From Batkoa obscura (Eukaryota), in assembly GCA_030770535.1 (NCBI GenBank), contig JASVEC010000026.1, positions 248,001 to 312,000 of the forward strand: 64,000 bases of DNA. Direction: 5' to 3'. A program made the position numbers and the translations under genes. This document shows positions 13,729 through 24,820 of the stretch, piece by piece. Every line of letters starts with the position of its first letter. Within the stretch, counting starts at the first letter, position 1. The notes beneath the pieces were generated by a model that worked only from the letters and a program-made list of their open reading frames with translations, made no database searches and was not told the DNA's origin.

Positions 13729-14379
13729 GGTAATATAATTATTAATAATAAATTAACAAATAATAAAAGAAATAAAAAAATGAAGTTGATTTGTTTTAAA
13801 AAATATATCTTATAAAATAAACTAAGGTAATGAATGAATGTTATCTCGAATTTTATGCTTTTATCCTGAATATATTTTTAATTACATTGTTTCATTAGTT
13901 TGAATTTTGGTGATGAAATGCTTGAAAACGTGACTTCGAATGTCTTCATTTAGTGATCATGTCATTAAGTTAGAGATTACACCATTTTTTAAGAAGATGG
14001 TATCATTTTATGAAAAAATTGTTAATTTTATAGCTTTATAAAAGCAGACACTATTTTAATAGGCTAGAATTAAACTCGATTTTTTGCAGTCTTTACAGCT
14101 TTTGCAGTTTTTTTAGCTTCAAAATATTTACTATAGTTGAAGTTAAATTAAAATATTAAAATAGCACTATTATTAAATTAGTGATATTTTATTTAACTTA
14201 TCCAATTTATGTGATATATGAATTATTGGGAATCGTTATCTATATAATATTCCATTTTATGTTTTTTCTACATCTCTGGAAAATTTGTAAAGTGTTAAAT
14301 AGCATTATCAAATTTTGTTTAAAAATTTGAAAATTATAAAAAATATAAATTCAATATCAAAGTTCATAAAATTTGATAT

Positions 14380-14472
14380 GGGGGTGTTTTTTTTGGCTTC
14401 ATCACTTTTTCCATTTTTTAAGCGCTATTTGAGCGGAAAAATTGTTAGTAAAACTTAAAAAAATATATCCCC
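14380..14472 (-). mobile_element. MITE family 1 copy
   Basis: TSD ATAT/ATAT. Confidence 0.9.
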
Positions 14473-14833
14473 ATATTTTAATAGCTTTAGTTAGTAAAGT
14501 ATTTTACAGTATATTCGTGTAACTTTGAAACAACACAATAAAGCAGCCAAGCTTTGAGTTTTGTTTATTTTGAAATTATGTGTTGCTATACTAAAATACT
14601 TGGAATAAACTACGAGTACATAAATTGTTAATAGCACATTCGAATAAGTAGGCTTATTGATACAGTTTACCAATATTTACTAGCTTCAAAACTATGAATG
14701 AAAAACTAAATTAATGCCCAAAATAAAATTAATTATTTGCGTTGAAAAATTGTTAAGGTGGTAAAAAATAAAACTAAAACAGGTCACTGTTGGTAATAAC
14801 AATACGTTCATTAACACTTTATTTTTCATTTAC

Positions 14834-16114
14834 TCAAGCCAACATTATGTTTTTTTCCAATTCGTTAAGAGTTGCATCAATTTGTAAAATAGAAGGTATA
14901 ATAAGCAGTAAAGGAGTAGTAATCATATTATTCGTATCTAAATTTACGGACATTAACTCAAAGCACTTAGCTTTAAGTATTTTAATAGTTGGAAAAAGAG
15001 ATAGAAAATAAAGGAATACATTGTATTTACAGTATAAGTTTTCAGCCTTAATTTCTTTTGTATTTCTACATTCAATTAGATTACAATCATTATTGATATT
15101 TAGATTACATTGGCTGAATAGCTCACTATTAGGTTCATCTAAATAAGTAATATGAATGAATTGAATGTTTGATAATAGAGAAATCGAAGGTAGCAAACTC
15201 ATTCGATGATTCATCAATATATATCTTTTAAAGTTCATAATCTTAAAAAATCATAATTGACTTGAGAAATTAGATGGAAGCGGCCTAAAGAAGAAAAATT
15301 AGCATCTTTAGTTAAATTTGTAATATCGTTTTCATAGTTAGTATTAAAATAAACACCATATGCATCCACTAATTTCATACTCTCCAATTGCTTCAAATTA
15401 CCAAAGCAATCAACATTGGAAGTATGGCTAAGATTTCCTTTAATTTCCAGCTGCAAGTTTAAGATAAAATTTAAGTTTGGGTCAAATTTAATAAAGGTCT
15501 CAATAAAATCATCTGATGTTAATTGCATTATATTCAAGTTATTGAATTTTCATTTGATTATATCCAATCCATCACAATTCGATTTAATATTAATACATAA
15601 TTTAAATGATTTAAGACTTTTTGAATTAAAATAATCAATTAAATGCTTAATAGTTATATTATAATCTTCATATCCAAATGATTCAATTTGATTCAAACAA
15701 CTTTCGAAAAAATGTGATAAGGAATATACATTTGACTTGAAAGTAAATTTCTTCAGCTTTGGTAATTTGGTCTTAATTTCACTTACAAAACTGCCATCAA
15801 AATATCTATCGATTCCATAGTGTATAGATACTAAATTGGGGCAATATTTCATGTATGTAGCTTCATGATTATATAAGCCAATGTGCTTCATTAGTGTTCC
15901 GTCTTTTACAATAAATTTATCCTTGTAGTATTCACATTTGTAGTGTTCCCTCTTGATTATAAGGAGAAAAAATTAGGTTGTATTTGATACCCACACTTGA
16001 GATTTTAAATAAATATTTACTCAAATAACATAATTCGAGTAACTTAAATGGGTTCAATAATCTAAATATTTTTTCCAGTAGAAGATTTGGCAATAAGTCG
16101 AATTATAACGACAT
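14834..16114 (-). pseudogene. F-box/LRR-like protein pseudogene
   Basis: ATG TCG TTA TAA (stop at codon 4) then FDLLPNLLLEKIFRLLNPFKLLELCYLSKYLF. The body is split into ORFs 15550-15891, 15235-15537 and 14834-15238, collinear with the 6076 copy. Confidence 0.8.
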
Positions 16115-16641
16115 TTGATGATTAATTTAAACAAATAAGAAAAGATTCAAGTTGTTAATTTTTTTTGCCCGCAACTCTATTTTTATACACATAAATTTAT
16201 CATAAATGTTCTTAAAAATAAACCATCATCAGGTGATTTATTGCAAATGTTCTTATACAAATTTTACATGATATTCAAATTCTATCAAGAGAAATAAATT
16301 ATTTTTATAGATAAATTTTGAAGTTAATAAAGGTTCTTAAAATATAATTGTAACTTTCTCCATACTTTTAAAAGATAGTATAGAAGTAAAAGTAAGAACA
16401 ATGCTTTCTATAAATACTTATATAATACTTAATACTCTACGATAATAGTTATAAATTGGCTGCTTAACCATTAGGTAAGTACGAATAACACTATTGTTTA
16501 ATATGACTGGATTGTAACTTTTATTAAGATCGCTAAATTAATTTAAAGAAAACTTCCAACCTTATAATTGTGATAAATGAATACAAAATAAATCATAAAA
16601 AACTTTATTTCAAGTATAAAAAAGGTTAGTTATTATTCTAT

Positions 16642-16738
16642 GAGGATGTGTTTTTTTGTTTAAGAGTTTTACTAACGATTTTTCCGCTCAAATAGCATTT
16701 AAGATGGAAGAAGTGATGAAGCCAAAAAAAACATCCCC
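16642..16738 (+). mobile_element. MITE family 1 copy
   Basis: Flanks CTAT/ATAT. Confidence 0.88.
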
Positions 16739-17806
16739 ATATTTTAACTTAGATTTTGTAAATCAATTTTGATTATTTATAGTTTTATATAGTATAAATA
16801 CGTCGATTTTTAATCATCCGTTGCTTCACTATATACACTTGTAGCTATCGTAAAAGACTTAATATCTAAAGCTGGAATAAAAACATAAATTCATTATTGG
16901 TAAATTAGTATCAAATTAAAGTATTAGTAATCCAAAGCTACTTATTTTTTTAAATCGGGGAAAGAAAATATTGGATTTAATTCGAAATTGCCTTCTTCTA
17001 TATTAATAAATAAGGCTAAAACAATTTTACAGTGCTCTGGTTAACTACAATGTACATGAGATACACTTAATGAGTTAAGGGCCCTATATCTACAAAACCC
17101 CAATATTTTACAAATGACCATTAAGCTTCATCAGAATCTGTGATGTTGGATTATTTATAAAATAAAGTTCAAATATAGTTTCAATCTATTTTTAAACTAA
17201 ATTTAAATTTAATAAACCAATTGGTACTTTTTATCAGTTTCATTATCTGAATATTCGGTATCTCAAGTATCCTTAAAGCTATACAATTCATACTTATCAA
17301 TTCGCTTGAAGCAACTGAAATTTGGTTAAACTTGGCCAATAAAAGCAAAGTAATTTTGTTATTGCATTAAAACAGCTATAAAATTTAATAAAACTAAAAA
17401 TTACTATTTTGGTAAATTATTTCCCTTAACTCAATATTATATTTTTAGAGTTTTGAAATTAAATAACTATTTTTATAAACTAAAGTAACATACCAACTTT
17501 ATTTTTTTGATAAGCGGACAACATTTCTGAAATGAAGATAAGAATATTGTTAATAATCAATTTCTACAATAATTCTTTAAGATAAATTTGTAACTATTTG
17601 TACTATAAGTTACCCCTTCAGTATCTCAATAATAGAGCTTATCAATTGTTATTAAAATTGTTGCAATCATAAGACTTTGATAAAACTTCAAGTAAACATA
17701 AAACCATTTTTTGCTACTTGAATATTATACTGTTGCTGCAAAGCGCTTAGAGAATAAGTATATATAAGAAGCTACTAAAAGCAAATAAATTATTAAAAAA
17801 TTCATA

Positions 17807-19147
17807 ATGAATAATAATACTGTAAAAGTGGAAAATGAACCTGATGTAAAAGTAAAATCAAGTTCATCGTTTAACTTAAACTTCTCACCTGAAGAGATGA
17901 ACATGGATACATTAGACGGGGAAGTTGAAGATAATCCAAGATTAGACAGTAAAGAGGGCTGGATAGTAGTAATAGCTAGCTTTATGAACTTATTTGTAGT
18001 AGTAGGCATGGCATTTAGTTTTGGAGTTTTTATGCAACATTATGCTGATGTGTTGTTTAAAGACCAAGTACCATTATCCACCTTAACTTTTATTGGAACT
18101 TTAACCACTTCTCTCACAACACTATTATCTGTATTTACAGGAAGAGTAGCTGATAGAATAGGTTATCGTAATTCCATCCTTATTGGTTCAGTAGTTCTTC
18201 CTTTAGGGTTATTGTTAGCCTCCTTTAGTACAGAAGTTTGGCATTTATTTTTAACACAGGGTGCTATGACAGGCATTGGTGGTGCGATTTCATTTGTTCC
18301 AGCTATAAGTGCTCCAGCTCAATGGTTTAAAAAATATACTGGTTTAGCTACTGGGATTTGTGTCGCAGGATCAGGCCTTGGAGGCTTGATATTAAGCCCT
18401 GTTATACAAGCTATTATTAGTAATTTAGGATTTAGATGGGCACTTCGAGTTGAAGCTATTATTTCGGCTGTCATATTACCTATTAGCGCTCTCTTTATAA
18501 AAGAAAGAGTGAAAGTATCAAAAAAGGGGCCTTGGTTCAACTTTGGTATATTGAAAGACTTGCGTTTCGTTTCTTTGTTCCTAGGAGGCTTTTTATATTC
18601 ATTTAGCTACTTTATACCATTTTTGCTTATGGCCAAATATGCTCGTTCTATTGGTCTTTCTGAATCTCAAGGTGCTTTATTAATTGGATTATTAAATGGA
18701 GGCTCTGCTGTTGGGAGGATTGTATTAGGTGGTTTAGGTGACTATTTCGGCAAAATTAATATTCTTTTTGTTTGTATTACTCTTACATCGTTTTTTTGCT
18801 ATTTCATTTGGACATTTTCATTTAATTTTGGTATTTTGATCGTTTTTAGTATATTATACGGCATATCTTCTGGAGGCTATTTCTCTATGCTACCAGCAGT
18901 TTCAGTTCAGTTGTTTGGCGTGGAAGGTATTGCTAGCATTAATGGGTTGTTCTATTTTGGTACTGGGATTCCTTATTTAGTTGGCACTCCTATTGCATCA
19001 GCTATATTGTCTGCTTCAAGCCCAGACCCAAATAAACCTAACTATACCCCAGTTATGATGTATGCAGGTACTTCTGCATTATTAGGAGGAGCAGCAATTC
19101 TGGTTCTTAGAATTTTGGTTAATCGTAATGTACTTTCACGAGTATAG
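17807..19147 (+). CDS. MFS transporter, monocarboxylate porter (MCH/MCT-like) family
   Basis: Intronless 446 aa, about 12 hydrophobic segments, DSKEGWIVV, GRVADRIG, QWFKKYTGLATG. Confidence 0.92.
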   Translation: MNNNTVKVENEPDVKVKSSSSFNLNFSPEEMNMDTLDGEVEDNPRLDSKEGWIVVIASFMNLFVVVGMAFSFGVFMQHYADVLFKDQVPLSTLTFIGTLTTSLTTLLSVFTGRVADRIGYRNSILIGSVVLPLGLLLASFSTEVWHLFLTQGAMTGIGGAISFVPAISAPAQWFKKYTGLATGICVAGSGLGGLILSPVIQAIISNLGFRWALRVEAIISAVILPISALFIKERVKVSKKGPWFNFGILKDLRFVSLFLGGFLYSFSYFIPFLLMAKYARSIGLSESQGALLIGLLNGGSAVGRIVLGGLGDYFGKINILFVCITLTSFFCYFIWTFSFNFGILIVFSILYGISSGGYFSMLPAVSVQLFGVEGIASINGLFYFGTGIPYLVGTPIASAILSASSPDPNKPNYTPVMMYAGTSALLGGAAILVLRILVNRNVLSRV

Positions 19148-19301
19148 CTATATAACTATATAATTACTTTAGTTTAAAAAATTGAAAATAAAAGACTTTT
19201 TTTAGGCTTCTAATTAGCTATTATATAAGAACCTTTTATTTGGTTTATTATTTTATTTGGCTTTTGTGCTACATACAGTGACTGATAAAGTTAGAACATA
19301 T

Positions 19302-19397
19302 GGGGATGTATTTTTATGTTTAAGAGTTTTACTAACAATTTTTCCGCTCAAATAGCACTTAAAAGATTGAAGTGATGAAGCCAAAAAAAACACCCCT
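19302..19397 (+). mobile_element. MITE family 1 copy
   Basis: TSD ATAT/ATAT. Confidence 0.9.
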
Positions 19398-19804
19398 ATA
19401 TTGAAATTTTTAGTACCTTTTATGTTCACATAATTAAAGAGCTTTATAAAAATAAACTGTGAGTTGATTCTAAATTAAATAAATGAACAAAATGATAAAA
19501 TAAAAATTACATTGTTATATCCCTCTCACATCGTCACAAACTCTTCTTTACGAGAAATGATCCCTCCTTTCTTAAAGGGATTTGACTATTTAGTGGTGAA
19601 CAAATTTATCTCATACTGTGAATCTTGTTCATCTTTTGACTACACGTCTCCTTAATCATTTTATACAGTCGCTTTCTCTTCAATAAAACACAAAGTCTCT
19701 ATGACTTTTAAACTTACAAAAAAATCGTACATTTCCATTAAGAGAGAGAATTTAAAAAAATTGATAGTTAAATAGCAACAACTAATAAAAAGATTCGTAT
19801 ATAT

Positions 19805-19903
19805 GAGGGTGTTTTTTTTGACTTCATTATTTTTTCCATTTTTTAAGCACTATTTCAACAGAAAGATTGTTAATAAAATTCTTAAACAAAAAAATACATC
19901 CCC
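19805..19903 (-). mobile_element. MITE family 1 copy
   Basis: TSD ATAT/ATAT. Confidence 0.9.
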
Positions 19904-20733
19904 ATATCATAAAGCTAAACAAAAGCAAAATATTTTATATTAGAAATAAAAAAGTATAAAAGATATATTTTTTTATATTTTTTTTATATTTAGATTTTTT
20001 TCAGTTTTTAACTAAAACTTATAAGAACTTGGTATGGACTCTATACTTATCCTTAATTACAATTTTTCCCTCAATCAATCTTATAAAAAAACAAGCAAAT
20101 AACAATATCAGTATTTAATATAACAGTATACTACACTAATAAAATCATTAATATAAATTTAGCAAAGCTTATGTTTAAACAATGTATTAAATAAATATAA
20201 AAAAATTACAATTAATTAACCTTGAACCATAAAATTATTTATTTCATTATCCTGTATAAAATCATGTCGTGACAAATAAATTTATACTTGTTGCTGTTTT
20301 ATATACATAAAAGTACCACTTGTTCCTATCGATTACTTAATTATATAGATGTACAATAATAGTAAAATAGTTAGTATTCAAAACTTGAATGAATAAATTT
20401 TAATAGGATTGAATAATATAAGGTTAAAAAAATTTATGATAATAATAAGGCTTATAAAGTTTGATTTAAAGGAAATTTCAAATACTGACTAAAAGTAGCT
20501 TCCTGTTTCCTAATAAACAACGTCTACTTAGTCAGTAAAGCATACCTATAAGGCTCGGACTACCCATAATCTAGGCTTGATATGCTAATTTTTTCAACGC
20601 ATTTTATCTACAAAACTTTGATGTTTCTGAAAAGGCCTTAGTTGTGTTAATACTGCAATTAAACAATTTATAAGTCAATACTTAAATGAAGTTCGTGACT
20701 TTTTTCTCGCTTTTTAAATTTAATTTAATAAGC

Positions 20734-20998
20734 GTGAATATTTTTTACTAATTGTCCTTTTTTGCTATTTTTGAAATTTAGAAATTGATTAACTAGTACG
20801 CTGCTCACTCAAGCTTGGATGTTGCGCTAACTAACTGTCCATCTTAAAATAAAAGATAAATTAACAAGCCTCGGATCAGTAAGTTAGAACAAATAGTTGG
20901 TTATAAAATTCATCATTTGAACTTAAACAACCGCATTAGTTAATTGATTTTTAAATTTAAAAGAAGCAAAATAGAGCAAACAAGTAAAAAACATTCCC
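20734..20998. mobile_element. MITE family 2 copy (~265 bp, long imperfect TIRs)
   Basis: Homologous to 55142-55425; terminal arms ...TTTTTTACTAATTGTCCTTTTTTGCT.../...AGCAAAATAGAGCAAACAAGTAAAAAACATTCCC; flanks AAGC/AAGT. Confidence 0.8.
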
Positions 20999-21784
20999 AA
21001 GTGTTGACTTAAACCCAAGGCTCAGCTTTTTTCCGATTATATTTATACAAAGGCAAATTAAGTATAAAGATTAAGAAAATGTGATTTTTTTGAAGGAATT
21101 GAGTAATTATATTTAAACTAAAGTATTTAGAAAATGCAAAAAACGCCAAAGTAGTTAATATAAAATATCTTTTTAATTTCATTTGTATATCTGTTTTTTA
21201 TACATTAAACTTAAAAGCATTTGTTAAATACCAATAGAAAAAAATGTTCTCATACACCATCTAGTTTTTAATAGTTTTTCGTTTAGCTTTACAAAATCAA
21301 GAAGTTTCAATCTAAAGTAAATCTTGGAAATATTTAAAAGTTTAATTTAGCTTTTAAACCCACTTGTATTAATTAGCGCTTTTGATTAGTTTTATTACCT
21401 GGATACTCATCTAGTTTAAGAAGCCTTAAAGTTGCATAACTTATGTTTAATGATTTATTAACTTTTTTTTAAAACCTTGAAAGGGAATGAGACCCTGAGT
21501 GACTTATTAATTAAAGTAATAATGGTAAGAAATAATAAAGTGAAAGATAAGATCTTTTGACCTTTTAGATTTCTGATAAGGTTGATGTTTTAGCCAAAGC
21601 AGCTAAAATTTTATTAAACTTGACCAATAAAAAACAAAATATTCAAACTTATTAGCACATCAAATGAGTCATTAAGTTTAATAAAATAAGTCCTATTTTT
21701 ATAAATTATTTCCCCAATCCATTATCATATTTTTAGGGCTATAAAATCAGATAACTATTTTTATAAAAATGTAAAACTTTATAC

Positions 21785-21871
21785 GGGGATATATTTTTTT
21801 GTTTAAGAATTTTACTAACAATCTTTCCGCTTAAAAATGGAAAAAATAATGAAACCAGGAAAAACATCCCT
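21785..21871 (+). mobile_element. MITE family 1 copy (internal deletion) in the promoter of the second MFS gene
   Basis: Flanks ATAC/ATAT; absent from the homologous upstream region of the first MFS gene (~17490). Confidence 0.85.
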
Positions 21872-22210
21872 ATATCTTTAGTAAAGTAAGCACTTTCGCA
21901 GAAATAAAAATATGAATGTTATTACTAATCAATTTACTTATTATATTCTTAAAAACAAATATATGACTATTCATGCTTTAAATTGCCCCTTTTATATTCT
22001 AAAGATAGAGTTTATTCATTATTATTATATTAATTTACAATCATAGGACTTTAATAAAATTTCAAGTTAACAATATATATATTGCTGCTATAACTATAAT
22101 ATTATTACTATAAATCGCTTAGAAAAAGTATATATAAAAGCTGTCAAAAGAATTTAATTTAATTTAATTTATTTCATTTAATTTAACTTATATAAAAAAT
22201 CTAATTTAGA

Positions 22211-23554
22211 ATGAATAACGAAACAACGTTAGTAGATAATGAAATTGCTAATGAAAAGACAAAATCAAATCCATCATTAGACTCAAACACTATATTTAAA
22301 GAAAACAATAAAGATATTTTGGATGATATAATAGAAGAAGATCCAAGGCTTGACACTATTGAGGGATGGATAATAGTAATGGCTAGTTTCATGAGTTTAT
22401 TTATAGTAGTAGGTATGGCATTTAGTATCGGAGTGTTTATCCAGCATTATGCTGATGTATTGTTTAAGGATCAAGCACGATTATCCACTTTGACTTTTAT
22501 TGGAACCTTAAGTTCTTCTATTCAAAATGTATTAGCCATATTTACTGGGAGGTTGGCTGATAAAATAGGTTATCGTAAGGCTATCTTTATTGGTGCAGGA
22601 ATAATTTCATTGGGTTTATTGTTAGCTTCTTTTAGTACTCAAGTTTGGCATTTATTTTTAACACAAGGTGTTATGGTGGGTATTGGTAGTGCAATTGCCT
22701 TTATTCCAGCTATAAGTGCTCCAGCTCAATGGTTTAAAAAATATACTGGTTTAGCTACTGGGATTTGTGTTGCTGGAGCAGGCATCGGTGGTTTGACATT
22801 GAGTCCGATTCTTCAGGCTATTATTAGTAATTTAGGATTTAGATGGGCACTTCGAGTTGAAGCTATTATTTCAGCTATTATACTACCGGCTAGTGCTTTT
22901 TTTATAAAGGAGAGAGTAAAGACCTCAAACAAAGGATCCTGGTTTGATTTAAAGAAATTTAAAGATTCTCGGTTTCTTTCACTGTTTCTTGGAGGTTTTT
23001 TGTGTTCTTTTGGCTACCTTGTACCATTTTTGCTTATGGCCAAATATGCTCGTTCTATTGATCTTTCTGAATCTCAAGGTGCTTTATTAATTGGATTATT
23101 AAATGGAGGCTCTGCTGTTGGGAGGATTGTATTAGGCAGCTTAGGTGATCGTTTTGGAAAACTTAATATTCTTTTTGTTTGTATTGCTCTTACATCGTTT
23201 TTTTGCTATTTTATTTGGATGTTTGCGTTTAGTTTTAGTGTCTTACTTGTTTTCAACATTTTATATGGTATATCTTCTGGAGGTTTCGTTTCTATGCTAC
23301 CCGCAGTTACAACTCAATTGTTTGGTGTGGAAGGTATTGCAAGTATTAATGGGTTGTTCTATTTCAGCACCGGAATTCCTAATTTAGTTGGTACCCCTAT
23401 TGCATCAGCTATATTGTCTGCATCAAGTCCAGATCCAAATAAGCCTAACTATACACTAGTTATAATATATGCAGGAACCTCTGCACTATTAGGAGCAGCA
23501 GCATTTTTTGTCCTTAAACTCATGGTTAATCGCAGTATATTTTCTCGAGTATAA
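22211..23554 (+). CDS. MFS transporter, MCH/MCT-like; tandem paralog of 17807-19147
   Basis: 447 aa and collinear with the first copy; upstream regions ~17300-17800 and ~21600-22200 are also homologous. Confidence 0.92.
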   Translation: MNNETTLVDNEIANEKTKSNPSLDSNTIFKENNKDILDDIIEEDPRLDTIEGWIIVMASFMSLFIVVGMAFSIGVFIQHYADVLFKDQARLSTLTFIGTLSSSIQNVLAIFTGRLADKIGYRKAIFIGAGIISLGLLLASFSTQVWHLFLTQGVMVGIGSAIAFIPAISAPAQWFKKYTGLATGICVAGAGIGGLTLSPILQAIISNLGFRWALRVEAIISAIILPASAFFIKERVKTSNKGSWFDLKKFKDSRFLSLFLGGFLCSFGYLVPFLLMAKYARSIDLSESQGALLIGLLNGGSAVGRIVLGSLGDRFGKLNILFVCIALTSFFCYFIWMFAFSFSVLLVFNILYGISSGGFVSMLPAVTTQLFGVEGIASINGLFYFSTGIPNLVGTPIASAILSASSPDPNKPNYTLVIIYAGTSALLGAAAFFVLKLMVNRSIFSRV

Positions 23555-23782
23555 TCGTTAATTTAATTCAACACTCTATAAAAGATAAGACTTTAAACTT
23601 CTGTATTTAAGATATAATATTTTACTTAATTTAAATCTGTGCTTCAGTGTATTAAGTAGAAAATGAATAAATAAAAATTCTTATTTAAATAATAATAAAA
23701 GTGGTTTATTTTGATTTTTAAAGATAATAGTTAAGAAGTAAAGAGATGGATAGATGAAAAAGAGAGATAATATACATTAAAG

Positions 23783-24820
23783 TTATATAGATTGTTCTAA
23801 CTGTGCTCCTGATGTATGATTATTTTCAATAATATTTTCCTGAATATTATTTAAGCTAGTAAGCATTTCACTTGCATTTATGTTCAATTGTTGTTGTGGT
23901 TGCTCTAATGCATTATTACTTAGAGTCGGTATCAAATTAAACTTACGTTTAATTTTTCTTTTGTCTAATTTATTTAAATGTCTTTGATCTAAGGTCCAAT
24001 AACTACCTTTACCAGGTTGATCGTGTTGACGTGGTGCTCTTATAAAGGCTTTATTAACTGATAGGTTATGACGCACCGAATTCCTCCATACTCCAGTTCT
24101 ATCTAACTTGAAAAAAGTAAATCTGTTCATCATCCATTCATAAATTTCACTTAACAATAATTGCTGTTTTGGGGATTCTAAAATAGCACGGGTAATGAGT
24201 TGAGGGTAGGAATATGGAGGTTTTTTGTCGGATTTATCATCAAAGTTAATACTTGGAAATTGATATAAATCGTTATCTTCAAAGTTATAATATTCATTCA
24301 CTTGGTTATAGAAATTATAATTGTTATAGTTAGTAAGGTAATTATTGAATAACACGCTTTGATTTTGTTGTAATAACAATTGATTATAATAACTATTTTC
24401 ATTGGTATTATTTATACTTTCTTCATTATTGTTATATTCAGTGTTATTATTGATTGTAGGGTCTAATAAATTTGGAAATGATTCTAAAGGTAGTGACCAA
24501 TCAGGTACTAAATTAGTTTGATTGACTGCAGTATCATTAGTTAATAACTGTAAGTTATAATGATACATATCTTGCTCACCACTTTTTATAAATTGATTAT
24601 AAAATTGATTCTGATAATTATTTAATAATAAAGAGTCTAATTCTGGAGAAGCCATTAAATAGTTCATATTGTTATTATAGTCATTATTTTCAAACCCATA
24701 ATTCCAGCCATCAACATCAGGTGTAATTGGAAATAAGGGAGATGTATCTACGCCAACTTCGTTTGTACTACTACTCATAATATCATTGACACTATTGCTT
24801 ATTGTTGGGATAGCAACCAT
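23783..24820 (-). CDS. Forkhead-box transcription factor
   Basis: KPPYSYPQLITRAI...LLLSEIYEWM...WRNSVRHNLSVNKAF...GKGSYW; N/Q/Y-rich N-terminus. Confidence 0.93.
   Translation of the reverse strand: MVAIPTISNSVNDIMSSSTNEVGVDTSPLFPITPDVDGWNYGFENNDYNNNMNYLMASPELDSLLLNNYQNQFYNQFIKSGEQDMYHYNLQLLTNDTAVNQTNLVPDWSLPLESFPNLLDPTINNNTEYNNNEESINNTNENSYYNQLLLQQNQSVLFNNYLTNYNNYNFYNQVNEYYNFEDNDLYQFPSINFDDKSDKKPPYSYPQLITRAILESPKQQLLLSEIYEWMMNRFTFFKLDRTGVWRNSVRHNLSVNKAFIRAPRQHDQPGKGSYWTLDQRHLNKLDKRKIKRKFNLIPTLSNNALEQPQQQLNINASEMLTSLNNIQENIIENNHTSGAQLEQSI

Noticed and set aside
19513..19718. Possible second solo LTR (TGTTAT...AATAAA...TTACA)
   Set aside because: Single copy with no TSD; insufficient support.
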